Positions 63,381-64,000 of a stretch of DNA of 64,000 nucleotides are shown here, one piece after another. Origin of the DNA: Hydrolagus colliei (lineage: Eukaryota); the NCBI GenBank assembly GCA_035084275.1, contig CM068747.1, forward strand, positions 7,874,001 to 7,938,000, in the 5' to 3' direction. The first letter of the stretch is position 1. Each line of letters begins with the position of its first letter. Both the position numbers and the translations under genes were made by a program. The notes below the pieces were generated by a model, which saw only the letters and a program-made list of their open reading frames with translations, was not told the origin of the DNA and ran no database searches.

Positions 63381-64000
63381 TCCAGACCAGAACGATTGGA
63401 TAAAAGTCTCCAAACTGTACATGTGCAAAAAGATTGAAAAGCTTCATCACAACCAGCTCTCAGATTATGCAGGGCCACAGTATAAACCCTACATGTTTTG
63501 GATCGAACTAGCAACAGCACCTAAGAGATAGCAAGTGGAAAAGAAAGTACAAGTCTGTGACTATTTTCCTGGCGTTGGCATTAAGACACTTTGTGGTAAA
63601 GTAAAGGAAGCTTTTCTTTATAGCTGTAAATCTATACATGATGATGAGTTTCTTGACTCTGACATGAGTAATAAGTTCCATTTCCCAGTATCTACATCAT
63701 CTTAAATTGATAAACACAAAACAAAATACCGTCCCACTCAGAATAACATTGGAAATATAATTCAATACAAATGATCACTTTTAGATATTGGATGTAACTA
63801 CTTTATGCCACATGCAGCTAAAAAATGGCAGACAAAATTTCAAGATGAAATTGGATATATTTCAATAGGAAATGGGATTTGGGATATTAGAGAGGGAGAT
63901 GTTGTATTTGAAAATGAGACAAGTGGGAGGAGTATAAGATATTTGAGGAAATAGAGAAAATATGAAAAGCAGGCCACACTGAGGAATGGAGGTAACATAT

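Noticed and set aside
57240-64000. Upstream HDAC4 exons or promoter
   Set aside because: No match seen to the expected N-terminal peptides and no CpG island; they lie beyond the window.

Overview
Eukaryotic, vertebrate DNA. The repeat content (tRNA/Deu-type SINEs, L2, CR1, palindromic Penelope-type elements) points to a cartilaginous fish; this taxon call is an inference. The window lies inside one gene, HDAC4 (class IIa histone deacetylase), on the minus strand. I located 15 consecutive GT-AG coding exons (57219 to 442) that splice into one open frame of 2279 nt (~760 aa), from the Gln-rich N-terminus into the deacetylase domain. The first exons and the catalytic C-terminal exons lie outside the window. 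The introns are full of TEs: about 20 copies of one tRNA-headed SINE, L2 and CR1 3' fragments, older Deu-domain SINEs, a Tigger-like MITE, a hAT-like element and three Penelope-type remnants. I see no new multi-gene system. Best leads: a duplicated splice acceptor forming a possible 14-nt stop-containing microexon, a conserved DWYLS alternative acceptor, a lost distal donor, loss of the Pro in the CtBP motif, an intact hammerhead-ribozyme core in a TSD-flanked insertion, and a possibly locally templated SINE-in-SINE copy. Exon ends were read at base level, repeat ends are approximate, and comparisons with human HDAC4 are from memory.
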